Positions 22,901 through 38,700 of a stretch of 64,000 nucleotides of DNA are shown here, one piece after another. Position 1 is the stretch's first letter; every line of letters begins with the position of its first letter. The position numbers and the translations under genes were made by a program. Below the pieces are notes generated by a model. It saw only the letters and a list, made by a program, of their open reading frames with translations, ran no database searches and had not been told where the DNA came from. Source of the DNA: Auanema rhodensis (taxonomy: Eukaryota; Animalia; Nematoda); the NCBI GenBank assembly GCA_964057225.1, contig CAXKVF010000075.1, forward strand, positions 310,001-374,000. Reading direction: 5' to 3'.

Positions 22901-25900
22901 CATGAACCAATATCAATAAAAATTTGTTTTTAGACTAATATGGACATGGGGAATCTAATTTTGAAAACCGCATCTCTTTATCTTTCACGTGAAGCGAGTT
23001 GCATACCAAGTGCACATCACGTGTACATTTAATTAGCATAAATTAAAGTTCACGTAAATTTCAAAGTCATGGTTACCATGAACCAATATCAATAAAAATT
23101 TGTTTTTAGACTAATATGGACATGGGGAATCTAATTTTGAAAACCGCATCTCTTTATCTTTCACGTGAAGCGAGTTACATACCAAGTGCACATCACGTGT
23201 ACATTTAATTAGCATAAATTAAAGTTCACGTAAATTTCAAAGTCATGGTTACCATGAACTAATATCAATAAAAATTTGTTTTTAGACTAATATGGACATG
23301 GGGAATCTAATTTTGAAAACCGCATCTCTTTATCTTTCACGTGAAGCGAGTTACATACCAAGTGCACATCACGTGTACATTTAATTAGCATAAATTAAAG
23401 TTCACGTAAATTTCAAAGTCATGGTTACCATGAACCAATATCAATAAAAATTTGTTTTTAGACTAATATGGACATGGGGAATCTAATTTTGAAAACCGCA
23501 TCTCTTTATCTTTCACGTGAAGCGAGTTACATACCAAGTGCACATCACGTGTACATTTAATTAGCATAAATTAAAGTTCACGTAAATTTCAAAGTCATGG
23601 TTACCATGCACCAATATCAATAAAAATTTGTTTTTAGACTAATATGGACATGGGGAATCTAATTTTGAAAACCGCATCTCTTTATCTTTCACGTGAAGCG
23701 AGTTACATACCAAGTGCACATCACGTGTACATTTAATTAGCATAAATTAAAGTTCACGTAAATTTCAAAGTCATGGTTACCATGCACCAATATCAATAAA
23801 AATTTGTTTTTAGACTAATATGGACATGGGGAATCTAATTTTGAAAACCGCATCTCTTTATCTTTCACGTGAAGCGAGTTACATACCAAGTGCACATCAC
23901 GTGTACATTTAATTAGCATAAATTAAAGTTCACGTAAATTTCAAAGTCATGGTTACCATGCACCAATATCAATAAAAATTTGTTTTTAGACTAATATGGA
24001 CATGGGGAATTTAATTTTGAAAACCGCATCTCTTCATCTTTCACGTGAAGCGAGTTACATACCAAGTGCACATCACGTGTACATTTAATTAGCATAAATT
24101 AAAGTTCACGTAAATTTCAAAGTCATGGTTACCATGCACCAATATCAATAAAAATTTGTTTTTAGACTAATATGGACATGGGGAATCTAATTTTGAAAAC
24201 CGCATCTCTTTATCTTTCACGTGAAGCGAATTACATACCAAGTGCACATCACGTGTACATTTAATTAGCATAAATTAAAGTTCACGTAAATTTCAAAGTC
24301 ATGGTTACCATGAACCAATATCAATAAAAATTTGTTTTTAGACTAATATGGACATGGGGAATCTAATTTTGAAAACCGCATCTCTTCATCTTTCACGTGA
24401 AGCGAGTTACATACCAAGTGCACATCACGTGTACATTTAATTAGCATAAATTAAAGTTCACGTAAATTTCAAAGTCATGGTTACCATGCACCAATATCAA
24501 TAAAAATTTGTTTTTAGACTAATATGGACATGGGGAATCTAATTTTGAAAACCGCATCTCTTTATCTTTCACGTGAAGCGAATTACATACCAAGTGCACA
24601 TCACGTGTACATTTAATTAGCATAAATTAAAGTTCACGTAAATTTCAAAGTCATGGTTACCATGAACTAATATCAATAAAAATTTGTTTTTAGACTAATA
24701 TGGACATGGGGAATCTAATTTTGAAAACCGCATCTCTTTATCTTTCACGTGAAGCGAGTTACATACCAAGTGCACATCACGTGTACATTTAATTAGCATA
24801 AAGTAAAGTTCACGTAAATTTCAAAGTCATGGTTACCATGAACCAATATCAATAAAAATTTGTTTTTAGACTAATATGGACATGGGGAATCTAATTTTGA
24901 AAACCGCATCTCTTTATCTTTCACGTGAAGCGAGCTACATACCAAGTGCACATCACGTGTACATTTAATTAGCATAAATTAAAGTTCACGTAAATTTCAA
25001 AGTCATGGTTACCATGAACCAATATCAATAAAAATTTGTTTTTAGACTAATATGGACATGGGGAATCTAATTTTGAAAACCGCATCTCTTTATCTTTCAC
25101 GTGAAGCGAGTTGCATACCAAGTGCACATCACGTGTACATTTAATTAGCATAAATTAAAGTTCACGTAAATTTCAAAGTCATGGTTACCATGAACCAATA
25201 TCAATAAAAATTTGTTTTTAGACTAATATGGACATGGGGAATCTAATTTTGAAAACCGCATCTCTTTATCTTTCACGTGAAGCGAGTTACATACCAAGTG
25301 CACATCACGTGTACATTTAATTAGCATAAATTAAAGTTCACGTAAATTTCAAAGTCATGGTTACCATGAACTAATATCAATAAAAATTTGTTTTTAGACT
25401 AATATGGACATGGGGAATCTAATTTTGAAAACCGCATCTCTTTATCTTTCACGTGAAGCGAGTTACATACCAAGTGCACATCACGTGTACATTTAATTAG
25501 CATAAATTAAAGTTCACGTAAATTTCAAAGTCATGGTTACCATGAACCAATATCAATAAAAATTTGTTTTTAGACTAATATGGACATGGGGAATCTAATT
25601 TTGAAAACCGCATCTCTTTATCTTTCACGTGAAGCGAGTTACATACCAAGTGCACATCACGTGTACATTTAATTAGCATAAATTAAAGTTCACGTAAATT
25701 TCAAAGTCATGGTTACCATGCACCAATATCAATAAAAATTTGTTTTTAGACTAATATGGACATGGGGAATCTAATTTTGAAAACCGCATCTCTTTATCTT
25801 TCACGTGAAGCGAGTTACATACCAAGTGCACATCACGTGTACATTTAATTAGCATAAATTAAAGTTCACGTAAATTTCAAAGTCATGGTTACCATGCACC

Positions 25901-28900
25901 AATATCAATAAAAATTTGTTTTTAGACTAATATGGACATGGGGAATCTAATTTTGAAAACCGCATCTCTTTATCTTTCACGTGAAGCGAGTTACATACCA
26001 AGTGCACATCACGTGTACATTTAATTAGCATAAATTAAAGTTCACGTAAATTTCAAAGTCATGGTTACCATGCACCAATATCAATAAAAATTTGTTTTTA
26101 GACTAATATGGACATGGGGAATTTAATTTTGAAAACCGCATCTCTTTATCTTTCACGTGAAGCGAGTTGCATACCAAGTGCACATCACGTGTACATTTAA
26201 TTAGCATAAATTAAAGTTCACGTAAAATTCAAAGTCATGGTTACCATGAACCAATATCAATAAAAATTTGTTTTTAGACTAATATGGACATGGGGAATCT
26301 AATTTTGGAAACCGCATCTCTTTATCTTTCACGTGAAGCGAGTTACATACCAAGTGCACATCACGTGTACATTTAATTAGCATAAATTAAAGTTCACGTA
26401 AATTTCAAAGTCATGGTTACCATGAACCAATATCAATAAAAATTTGTTTTTAGACTAATATGGACATGGGGAATCTAATTTTGAAAACCGCATCTCTTTA
26501 TCTTTCACGTGAAGCGAGTTACATACCAAGTGCACATCACGTGTACATTTAATTAGCATAAATTAAAGTTCACGTAAATTTCAAAGTCATGGTTACCATG
26601 AACCAATATCAATAAAAATTTGTTTTTAGACTAATATGGACATGGAGAATCTAATTTTGAAAACCGCATCTCTTTATCTTTCACGTGAAGCGAGTTACAT
26701 ACCAAGTGCACATCACGTGTACATTTAATTAGCATAAATTAAAGTTCACGTAAATTTCAAAGTCATGGTTACCATGAACTAATATCAATAAAAATTTGTT
26801 TTTAGACTAATATGGACATGGGGAATCTAATTTTGAAAACCGCATCTCTTTATCTTTCACGTGAAGCGAGTTACATACCAAGTGCACATCACGTGTACAT
26901 TTAATTAGCATAAATTAAAGTTCACGTAAATTTCAAAGTCATGGTTACCATGAACCAATATCAATAAAAATTTGTTTTTAGACTAATATGGACATGGGGA
27001 ATCTAATTTTGAAAACCGCATCTCTTTATCTTTCACGTGAAGCGAGTTACATACCAAGTGCACATCACGTGTACATTTAATTAGCATAAATTAAAGTTCA
27101 CGTAAATTTCAAAGTCATGGTTACCATGAACCAATATCAATAAAAATTTGTTTTTAGACTAATATGGACATGGGGAATCTAATTTTGAAAACCGCATCTC
27201 TTTATCTTTCACGTGAAGCGAGTTACATACCAAGTGCACATCACGTGTACATTTAATTAGCATAAATTAAAGTTCACGTAAATTTCAAAGTCATGGTTAC
27301 CATGAACCAATATCAATAAAAATTTGTTTTTAGACTAATATGGACATGGGAAATCTAATTTTGAAAACCGCATCTCTTTATCTTTCACGTGAAGCGAGTT
27401 ACATACCAAGTGCACATCACGTGTACATTTAATTAGCATAAATTAAAGTTCACGTAAATTTCAAAGTCATGGTTACCATGCACCAATATCAATAAAAATT
27501 TGTTTTTAGACTGATATGGACATGGGGAATCTAATTTTGAAAACCGCATCTCTTTATCTTTCACGTGAAGCGAGTTACATACCAAGTGCACATCACGTGT
27601 ACATTTAATTAGCATAAATTAAAGTTCACGTAAATTTCAAAGTCATGGTTACCATGCACCAATATCAATAAAAATTTGTTTTTAGACTAATATGGACATG
27701 GGGAATCTAATTTTGAAAACCGCATCTCTTTATCTTTCACGTGAAGCGAGTTACATACCAAGTGCACATCACGTGTACATTTAATTAGCATAAATTAAAG
27801 TTCACGTAAATTTCAAAGTCATGGTTACCATGCACCAATATCAATAAAAATATGTTTTTAGACTAATATGGACATGGGGAATCTAATTTTGAAAACCGCA
27901 TCTCTTTATCTTTCACGTGAAGCGAGTTACATACCAAGTGCACATCACGTGTACATTTAATTAGCATAAATTAAAGTTCACGTAAATTTCAAAGTCATGG
28001 TTACCATGCACCAATATCAATAAAAATTTGTTTTTAGACTGATATGGACATGGGGAATCTAATTTTGAAAACCGCATTTCTTTATCTTTCACGTGAAGCG
28101 AGTTACATACCAAGTGCACATCACGTGTACATTTAATTAGCATAAATTAAAGTTCACGTAAATTTCAAAGTCATGGTTACCATGAACCAATATCAATAAA
28201 AATTTGTTTTTAGACTAATATGGACATGGGGAATCTAATTTTGAAAACCGCATCTCTTTATCTTTCACGTGAAGCGAGTTACATACCAAGTGCACATCAC
28301 GTGTACATTTAATTAGCATAAATTAAAGTTCACGTAAATTTCAAAGTCATGGTTACCATGAACCAATATCAATAAAAATTTGTTTTTAGACTAATATGGA
28401 CATGGGGAATCTAATTCTGAAAACCGCATCTCTTTATCTTTCACGTGAAGCGAGTTGCATACCAAGTGCACATCACGTGTACATTTAATTAGCATAAATT
28501 AAAGTTCACGTAAAATTCAAAGTCATGGTTACCATGAACCAATATCAATAAAAATTTGTTTTCAGACTAATATGGACATGGGGAATCTAATTTTGAAAAC
28601 CGCATCTCTTTATCTTTCACGTGAAGCGAGTTACATACCAAGTGCACATCACGTGTACATTTAATTAGCATAAATTAAAGTTCACGTAAATTTCAAAGTC
28701 ATGGTTACCATGAACCAATATCAATAAAAATTTGTTTTTAGACTAATATGGACATGGGGAATCTAATTTTGAAAACCGCATCTCTTTATCTTTCACGTGA
28801 AGCGAGTTACATACCAAGTGCACATCACGTGTACATTTAATTAGCATAAATTAAAGTTCACGTAAATTTCAAAGTCATGGTTACCATGAACCAATATCAA

Positions 28901-31900
28901 TAAAAATTTGTTTTTAGACTAATATGGACATGGGGAATCTAATTTTGAAAACCGCATCTCTTTATCTCTCACGTGAAGCGAGTTACATACCAAGTGCACA
29001 TCACGTGTACATTTAATTAGCATAAATTAAAGTTCACGTAAATTTCAAAGTCATGGTTACCATGAACCAATATCAATAAAAATTTGTTTTTAGACTAATA
29101 TGGACATGGGGAATCTAATTTTGAAAACCGCATCTCTTTATCTTTCACGTGAAGCGAGTTACATACCAAGTGCACATCACGTGTACATTTAATTAGCATA
29201 AATTAAAGTTCACGTAAATTTCAAAGTCATGGTTACCATGCACCAATATCAATAAAAATTTGTTTTTAGACTAATATGGACATGGGGAATCTAATTTTGA
29301 AAACCGCATCTCTTTATCTTTCACGTGAAGCGAGTTACATACCAAGTGCACATCACGTGTACATTTAATTAGCATAAGTTAAAGTTCACGTAAATTTCAA
29401 AGTCATGGTTACCATGAACCAATATCAATAAAAATTTGTTTTTAGACTAATATGGACATGGGGAATCTAATTTTGAAAACCGCATCTCTTTATCTTTCAC
29501 GTGAAGCGAGTTACATACCAAGTGCACATCACGTGTACATTTAATTAGCATAAATTAAAGTTCACGTAAATTTCAAAGTCATGGTTACCATGAACCAATA
29601 TCAATAAAAATTTGTTTTTAGACTAATATGGACATGGGGAATCTAATTTTGAAAACCGCATCTCTTTATCTTTCACGTGAAGCGAGTTACATACCAAGTG
29701 CACATCACGTGTACATTTAATTAGCATAAATTAAAGTTCACGTAAATTTCAAAGTCATGGTTACCATGAACCAATATCAATAAAAATTTGTTTTTAGACT
29801 AATATGGACATGGGGAATCTAATTTTGAAAACCGCATCTCTTTATCTTTCACGTGAAGCGAGTTACATACCAAGTGCACATCACGTGTACATTTAATTAG
29901 CATAAATTAAAGTTCACGTAAATTTCAAAGTCATGGTTACCATGCACCAATATCAATAAAAATTTGTTTTTAGACTAATATGGACATGGGGAATCTAATT
30001 TTGAAAACCGCATCTCTTTATCTTTCACGTGAAGCGAGTTACATACCAAGTGCACATCACGTGTACATTTAATTAGCATAAATTAAAGTTCACGTAAATT
30101 TCAAAGTCATGGTTACCATGAACCAATATCAATAAAAATTTGTTTTTAGACTAATATGGACATGGGGAATCTAATTTTGAAAACCGCATCTCTTTATCTT
30201 TCACGTGAAGCGAGTTACATACCAAGTGCACATCACGTGTACATTTAATTAGCATAAATTAAAGTTCACGTAAATTTCAAAGTCATGGTTACCATGAACC
30301 AATATCAATAAAAATTTGTTTTTAGACTAATATGGACATGGGGAATCTAATTTTGAAAACCGCATCTCTTTATCTTTCACGTGAAGCGAGTTACATACCA
30401 AGTGCACATCACGTGTACATTTAATTAGCATAAATTAAAGTTCACGTAAATTTCAAAGTCATGGTTACCATGAACCAATATCAATAAAAATTTGTTTTTA
30501 GACTAATATGGACATGGGGAATCTAATTTTGAAAACCGCATCTCTTTATCTTTCACGTGAAGCGAGTTACATACCAAGTGCACATCACGTGTACATTTAA
30601 TTAGCATAAATTAAAGTTCACGTAAATTTCAAAGTCATGGTTACCATGCACCAATATCAATAAAAATTTGTTTTTAGACTAATATGGACATGGGGAATCT
30701 AATTTTGAAAACCGCATCTCTTTATCTTTCACGTGAAGCGAGTTACATACCAAGTGCACATCACGTGTACATTTAATTAGCATAAATTAAAGTTCACGTA
30801 AATTTCAAAGTCATGGTTACCATGAACCAATATCAATAAAAATTTGTTTTTAGACTAATATGGACATGGGGAATCTAATTTTGAAAACCGCATCTCTACA
30901 TCTTTCACGTGAAGCGAGTTACATACCAAGTGCACATCACGTGTACATTTAATTAGCATAAATTAAAGTTCACGTAAATTTCAAAGTCATGGTTACCATG
31001 CACCAATATCAATAAAAATTTGTTTTTAGACTAATATGGACATGGGGAATCTAATTTTGAAAACCGCATCTCTTTATCTTTCACGTGAAGCGAATTACAT
31101 ACCAAGTGCACATCACGTGTACATTTAATTAGCATAAATTAAAGTTCACGTAAATTTCAAAGTCATGGTTACCATGAACTAATATCAATAAAAATTTGTT
31201 TTTAGACTAATATGGACATGGGGAATCTAATTTTGAAAACCGCATCTCTTTATCTTTGACGTGAAGCGAGTTACATACCAAGTGCACATCACGTGTACAT
31301 TTAATTAGCATAAAGTAAAGTTCACGTAAATTTCAAAGTCATGGTTACCATGAACCAATATCAATAAAAATTTGTTTTTAGACTAATATGGACATGGGGA
31401 ATCTAATTTTGAAAACCGCATCTCTTTATCTTTCACGTGAAGCGAGCTACATACCAAGTGCACATCACGTGTACATTTAATTAGCATAAATTAAAGTTCA
31501 CGTAAATTTCAAAGTCATGGTTACCATGCACCAATATCAATAAAAATTTGTTTTTAGACTAATATGGACATGGGGAATCTAATTTTGAAAACCGCATCTC
31601 TTTATCTTTCACGTGAAGCGAGTTGCATACCAAGTGCACATCACGTGTACATTTAATTAGCATAAATTAAAGTTCACGTAAATTTCAAAGTCATGGTTAC
31701 CATGAACCAATATCAATAAAAATTTGTTTTTAGACTAATATGGACATGGGGAATCTAATTTTGAAAACCGCATCTCTTTATCTTTCACGTGAAGCGAGTT
31801 ACATACCAAGTGCACATCACGTGTACATTTAATTAGCATAAATTAAAGTTCACGTAAATTTCAAAGTCATGGTTACCATGAACCAATATCAATAAAAATT

Positions 31901-34900
31901 TGTTTTTAGACTAATATGGACATGGGGAATCTAATTTTGAAAACCGCATCTCTTTATCTTTCACGTGAAGCGAGTTACATACCAAGTGCACATCACGTGT
32001 ACATTTAATTAGCATAAATTAAAGTTCACGTAAATTTCAAAGTCATGGTTACCATGAACCAATATCAATAAAAATTTGTTTTTAGACTAATATGGACATG
32101 GGGAATCTAATTTTGAAAACCGCATCTCTTTATCTTTCACGTGAAGCGAGTTACATACCAAGTGCACATCACGTGTACATTTAATTAGCATAAATTAAAG
32201 TTCACGTAAATTTCAAAGTCATGGTTACCATGCACCAATATCAATAAAAATTTGTTTTTAGACTAATATGGACATGGGGAATCTAATTTTGAAAACCGCA
32301 TCTCTTTATCTTTCACGTGAAGCGAGTTACATACCAAGTGCACATCACGTGTACATTTAATTAGCATAAATTAAAGTTCACGTAAATTTCAAAGTCATGG
32401 TTACCATGAACCAATATCAATAAAAATTTGTTTTTAGACTAATATGGACATGGGGAATCTAATTTTGAAAACCGCATCTCTTCATCTTTCACGTGAAGCG
32501 AGTTACATACCAAGTGCACATCACGTGTACATTTAATTAGCATAAATTAAAGTTCACGTAAATTTCAAAGTCATGGTTACCATGCACCAATATCAATAAA
32601 AATTTGTTTTTAGACTAATATGGACATGGGGAATCTAATTTTGAAAACCGCATCTCTTTATCTTTCACGTGAAGCGAATTACATACCAAGTGCACATCAC
32701 GTGTACATTTAATTAGCATAAATTAAAGTTCACGTAAATTTCAAAGTCATGGTTACCATGAACTAATATCAATAAAAATTTGTTTTTAGACTAATATGGA
32801 CATGGGGAATCTAATTTTGAAAACCGCATCTCTTTATCTTTCACGTGAAGCGAGTTACATACCAAGTGCACATCACGTGTACATTTAATTAGCATAAAGT
32901 AAAGTTCACGTAAATTTCAAAGTCATGGTTACCATGAACCAATATCAATAAAAATTTGTTTTTAGACTAATATGGACATGGGGAATCTAATTTTGAAAAC
33001 CGCATCTCTTTATCTTTCACGTGAAGCGAGCTACATACCAAGTGCACATCACGTGTACATTTAATTAGCATAAATTAAAGTTCACGTAAATTTCAAAGTC
33101 ATGGTTACCATGCACCAATATCAATAAAAATTTGTTTTTAGACTAATATGGACATGGGGAATCTAATTTTGAAAACCGCATCTCTTTATCTTTCACGTGA
33201 AGCGAGTTGCATACCAAGTGCACATCACGTGTACATTCAATTAGCATAAATTAAAGTTCACGTAAATTTCAAAGTCATGGTTACCATGAACCAATATCAA
33301 TAAAAATTTGTTTTTAGACTAATATGGACATGGGGAATCTAATTTTGAAAACCGCATCTCTTTATCTTTCACGTGAAGCGAGTTACATACCAAGTGCACA
33401 TCACGTGTACATTTAATTAGCATAAATTAAAGTTCACGTAAATTTCAAAGTCATGGTTACCATGAACTAATATCAATAAAAATTTGTTTTTAGACTAATA
33501 TGGACATGGGGAATCTAATTTTGAAAACCGCATCTCTTTATCTTTCACGTGAAGCGAGTTACATACCAAGTGCACATCACGTGTACATTTAATTAGCATA
33601 AATTAAAGTTCACGTAAATTTCAAAGTCATGGTTACCATGAACCAATATCAATAAAAATTTGTTTTTAGACTAATATGGACATGGGGAATCTAATTTTGA
33701 AAACCGCATCTCTTTATCTTTCACGTGAAGCGAGTTACATACCAAGTGCACATCACGTGTACATTTAATTAGCATAAATTAAAGTTCACGTAAATTTCAA
33801 AGTCATGGTTGCCATGAACCAATATCAATAAAAATTTGTTTTTAGACTAATATGGACATGGGGAATTTAATTTTGAAAACCGCATCTCTTTATCTTTCAC
33901 GTGAAGCGAGTTGCATACCAAGTGCACATCACGTGTACATTTAATTAGCATAAATTAAAGTTCACGTAAAATTCAAAGTCATGGTTACCATGAACCAATA
34001 TCAATAAAAATTTGTTTTTAGACTAATATGGACATGGGAAATCTAATTTTGAAAACCGCATCTCTTTATCTTTCACGTGAAGCGAGTTACATACCAAGTG
34101 CACATCACGTGTACATTTAATTAGCATAAATTAAAGTTCACGTAAATTTCAAAGTCATGGTTACCATGAACCAATATCAATAAAAATTTGTTTTTAGACT
34201 AATATGGACATGGGGAATCTAATTTTGAAAACCGCATCTCTTTATCTTTCACGTGAAGCGAGTTACATACCAAGTGCACATCACGTGTACATTTAATTAG
34301 CATAAATTAAAGTTCACGTAAATTTCAAAGTCATGATTACCATGAACCAATATCAATAAAAATTTGTTTTTAGACTAATATGGACATGGGGAATCTAATT
34401 TTGAAAACCGCATCTCTTTATCTTTCACGTGAAGCGAGTTACATACCAAGTGCACATCACGTGTACATTTAATTAGCATAAATTAAAGTTCACGTAAATT
34501 TCAAAGTCATGGTTACCATGAACCAATATCAATAAAAATTTGTTTTTAGACTAATATGGACATGGGGAATCTAATTTTGAAAACCGCATCTCTTTATCTT
34601 TCACGTGATGCGAGTTACATACCAAGTGCACATCACGTGTACATTTAATTAGCATAAATTAAAGTTCACGTAAATTTCAAAGTCATGGTTACCATGCACC
34701 AATATCAATAAAAATTTGTTTTTAGACTAATATGGACATGGGGAATCTAATTTTGAAAACCGCATCTCTTTATCTTTCACGTGAAGCGAGTTACATACCA
34801 AGTGCACATCACGTGTACATTTAATTAGCATAAGTTAAAGTTCACGTAAATTTCAAAGTCATGGTTACCATGAACCAATATCAATAAAAATTTGTTTTTA

Positions 34901-37900
34901 GACTAATATGGACATGGGGAATCTAATTTTGAAAACCGCATCTCTTTATCTTTCACGTGAAGCGAGTTACATACCAAGTGCACATCACGTGTACATTTAA
35001 TTAGCATAAATTAAAGTTCACGTAAATTTCAAAGTCATGGTTACCATGAACCAATATCAATAAAAATTTGTTTTTAGACTAATATGGACATGGGGAATCT
35101 ATTTTTGAAAACCGCATCTCTTTATCTTTCACGTGAAGCGAGTTACATACCAAGTGCACATCACGTGTACATTTAATTAGCATAAATTAAAGTTCACGTA
35201 AATTTCAAAGTCATGGTTACCATGAACCAATATCAATAAAAATTTGTTTTTAGACTAATATGGACATGGGGAATCTAATTTTGAAAACCGCATCTCTTTA
35301 TCTTTCACGTGAAGCGAGTTACATACCAAGTGCACATCACGTGTACATTTAATTAGCATAAATTAAAGTTCACGTAAATTTCAAAGTCATGGTTACCATG
35401 CACCAATATCAATAAAAATTTGTTTTTAGACTAATATGGACATGGGGAATCTAATTTTGAAAACCGCATCTCTTTATCTTTCACGTGAAGCGAGTTACAT
35501 ACCAAGTGCACATCACGTGTACATTTAATTAGCATAAATTAAAGTTCACGTAAATTTCAAAGTCATGGTTACCATGCACCAATATCAATAAAAATTTGTT
35601 TTTAGACTAATATGGACATGGGGAATCTAATTTTGAAAACCGCATCTCTTTATCTTTCACGTGAAGCGAGTTACATACCAAGTGCACATCACGTGTACAT
35701 TTAATTAGCATAAATTAAAGTTCACGTAAATTTCAAAGTCATGGTTACCATGAACCAATATCAATAAAAATTTGTTTTTAGACTAATATGGACATGGCGA
35801 ATCTAATTTTGAAAACCGCATCTCTTTATCTTTCACGTGAAGCGAGTTACATACCAAGTGCACATCACGTATACATTTAATTAGCATAAATTAAAGTTCA
35901 CGTAAATTTCAAAGTCATGGTTACCATGCACCAATATCAATAAAAATTTGTTTTTAGACTAATATGGACATGGGGAATCTAATTTTGAAAACCGCATCTC
36001 TTTATCTTTCACGTGAAGCGAGTTACATACCAAGTGCACATCACGTGTACATTTAATTAGCATAAATTAAAGTTCACGTAAATTTCAAAGTCATGGTTAC
36101 CATGCACCAATATCAATAAAAATTTGTTTTTAGACTAATATGGACATGGGGAATCTAATTTTGAAAACCGCATCTCTTTATCTTTCACGTGAAGCGAGTT
36201 ACATACCAAGTGCACATCACGTGTACATTTAATTAGCATAAATTAAAGTTCACGTAAATTTCAAAGTCATGGTTACCATGAACCAATATCAATAAAAATT
36301 TGTTTTTAGACTAATATGGACATGGGGAATCTAATTTTGAAAACCGCATCTCTTTATCTTTCACGTGAAGCGAGTTACATACCAAGTGCACATCACGTAT
36401 ACATTTAATTAGCATAAATTAAAGTTCACGTAAATTTCAAAGTCATGGTTACCATGAACCAATATCAATAAAAATTTGTTTTTAGACTAATATGGACATG
36501 GGGAATCTAATTTTGAAAACCGCATCTCTTTATCTTTCACGTGAAGCGAGTTACATACCAAGTGCACATCACGTGTACATTTAATTAGCATAAATTAAAG
36601 TTCACGTAAATTTCAAAGTCATGGTTACCATGCACCAATATCAATAAAAATTTGTTTTTAGACTAATATGGACATGGGGAATCTAATTTTGAAAACCGCA
36701 TCTCTTTATCTTTCACGTGAAGCGAGTTACATACCAAGTGCACATCACGTGTACATTTAATTAGCATAAATTAAAGTTCACGTAAATTTCAAAGTCATGG
36801 TTACCATGCACCAATATCAATAAAAATTTGTTTTTAGACTAATATGGACATGGGGAATCTAATTTTGAAAACCGCATCTCTTTATCTTTCACGTGAAGCG
36901 AGTTACATACCAAGTGCACATCACGTGTACATTTAATTAGCATAAATTAAAGTTCACGTAAATTTCAAAGTCATGGTTACCATGAACCAATATCAATAAA
37001 AATTTGTTTTTAGACTAATATGGACATGGGGAATCTAATTTTGAAAACCGCATCTCTTTATCTTTCACGTGAAGCGAGTTACATACCAAGTGCACATCAC
37101 GTGTACATTTAATTAGCATAAATTAAAGTTCACGTAAATTTCAAAGTCATGGTTACCATGCACCAATATCAATAAAAATTTGTTTTTAGACTAATATGGA
37201 CATGGGGAATCTAATTTTGAAAACCGCATCTCTTTATCTTTCACGTGAAGCGAGTTACATACCAAGTGCACATCACGTGTACATTTAATTAGCATAAATT
37301 AAAGTTCACGTAAATTTCAAAGTCATGGTTACCATGCACCAATATCAATAAAAATTTGTTTTTAGACTAATATGGACATGGGGAATCTAATTTTGAAAAC
37401 CGCATCTCTTTATCTTTCACGTGAAGCGAGTTACATACCAAGTGCACATCACGTGTACATTTAATTAGCATAAATTAAAGTTCACGTAAATTTCAAAGTC
37501 ATGGTTACCATGAACCAATATCAATAAAAATTTGTTTTTAGACTAATATGGACATGGCGAATCTAATTTTGAAAACCGCATCTCTTTATCTTTCACGTGA
37601 AGCGAGTTACATACCAAGTGCACATCACGTATACATTTAATTAGCATAAATTAAAGTTCACGTAAATTTCAAAGTCATGGTTACCATGCACCAATATCAA
37701 TAAAAATTTGTTTTTAGACTAATATGGACATGGGGAATCTAATTTTGAAAACCGCATCTCTTTATCTTTCACGTGAAGCGAGTTACATACCAAGTGCACA
37801 TCACGTGTACATTTAATTAGCATAAATTAAAGTTCACGTAAATTTCAAAGTCATGGTTACCATGCACCAATATCAATAAAAATTTGTTTTTAGACTAATA

Positions 37901-38500
37901 TGGACATGGGGAATCTAATTTTGAAAACCGCATCTCTTTATCTTTCACGTGAAGCGAGTTACATACCAAGTGCACATCACGTGTACATTTAATTAGCATA
38001 AATTAAAGTTCACGTAAATTTCAAAGTCATGGTTACCATGAACCAATATCAATAAAAATTTGTTTTTAGACTAATATGGACATGGGGAATCTAATTTTGA
38101 AAACCGCATCTCTTTATCTTTCACGTGAAGCGAGTTACATACCAAGTGCACATCACGTATACATTTAATTAGCATAAATTAAAGTTCACGTAAATTTCAA
38201 AGTCATGGTTACCATGAACCAATATCAATAAAAATTTGTTTTTAGACTAATATGGACATGGGGAATCTAATTTTGAAAACCGCATCTCTTTATCTTTCAC
38301 GTGAAGCGAGTTACATACCAAGTGCACATCACGTGTACATTTAATTAGCATAAATTAAAGTTCACGTAAATTTCAAAGTCATGGTTACCATGCACCAATA
38401 TCAATAAAAATTTGTTTTTAGACTAATATGGACATGGGGAATCTAATTTTGAAAACCGCATCTCTTTATCTTTCACGTGAAGCGAGTTACATACCAAGTG
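4892..38500 (+). repeat. 176-bp tandem satellite array, about 191 copies
   Basis: Monomer starts (TAAATTTCAAAGTCATGG) at 4929, 5105, 5281 and so on. Typically 0-3 substitutions per monomer; only two 1-bp deletions seen (about 13770 and 16760). Confidence 0.99.
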
Positions 38501-38700
38501 NNNNNNNNNNNNNNNNNNNNNNNNNNNNNNNNNNNNNNNNNNNNNNNNNNNNNNNNNNNNNNNNNNNNNNNNNNNNNNNNNNNNNNNNNNNNNNNNNNNN
38601 NNNNNNNNNNNNNNNNNNNNNNNNNNNNNNNNNNNNNNNNNNNNNNNNNNNNNNNNNNNNNNNNNNNNNNNNNNNNNNNNNNNNNNNNNNNNNNNNNNNN
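38501..38700. other. Assembly gap (200 N)
   Basis: Run of exactly 200 N, typical of a fixed-size scaffolding gap. Confidence 0.99.

Noticed and set aside
27433-28143. Two identical 60-aa minus-strand ORFs in the satellite
   Set aside because: They arise from a single CTAAT-to-CTGAT variant removing a stop in two monomers. The 176-bp period is not a multiple of 3 and there is no coding signal.
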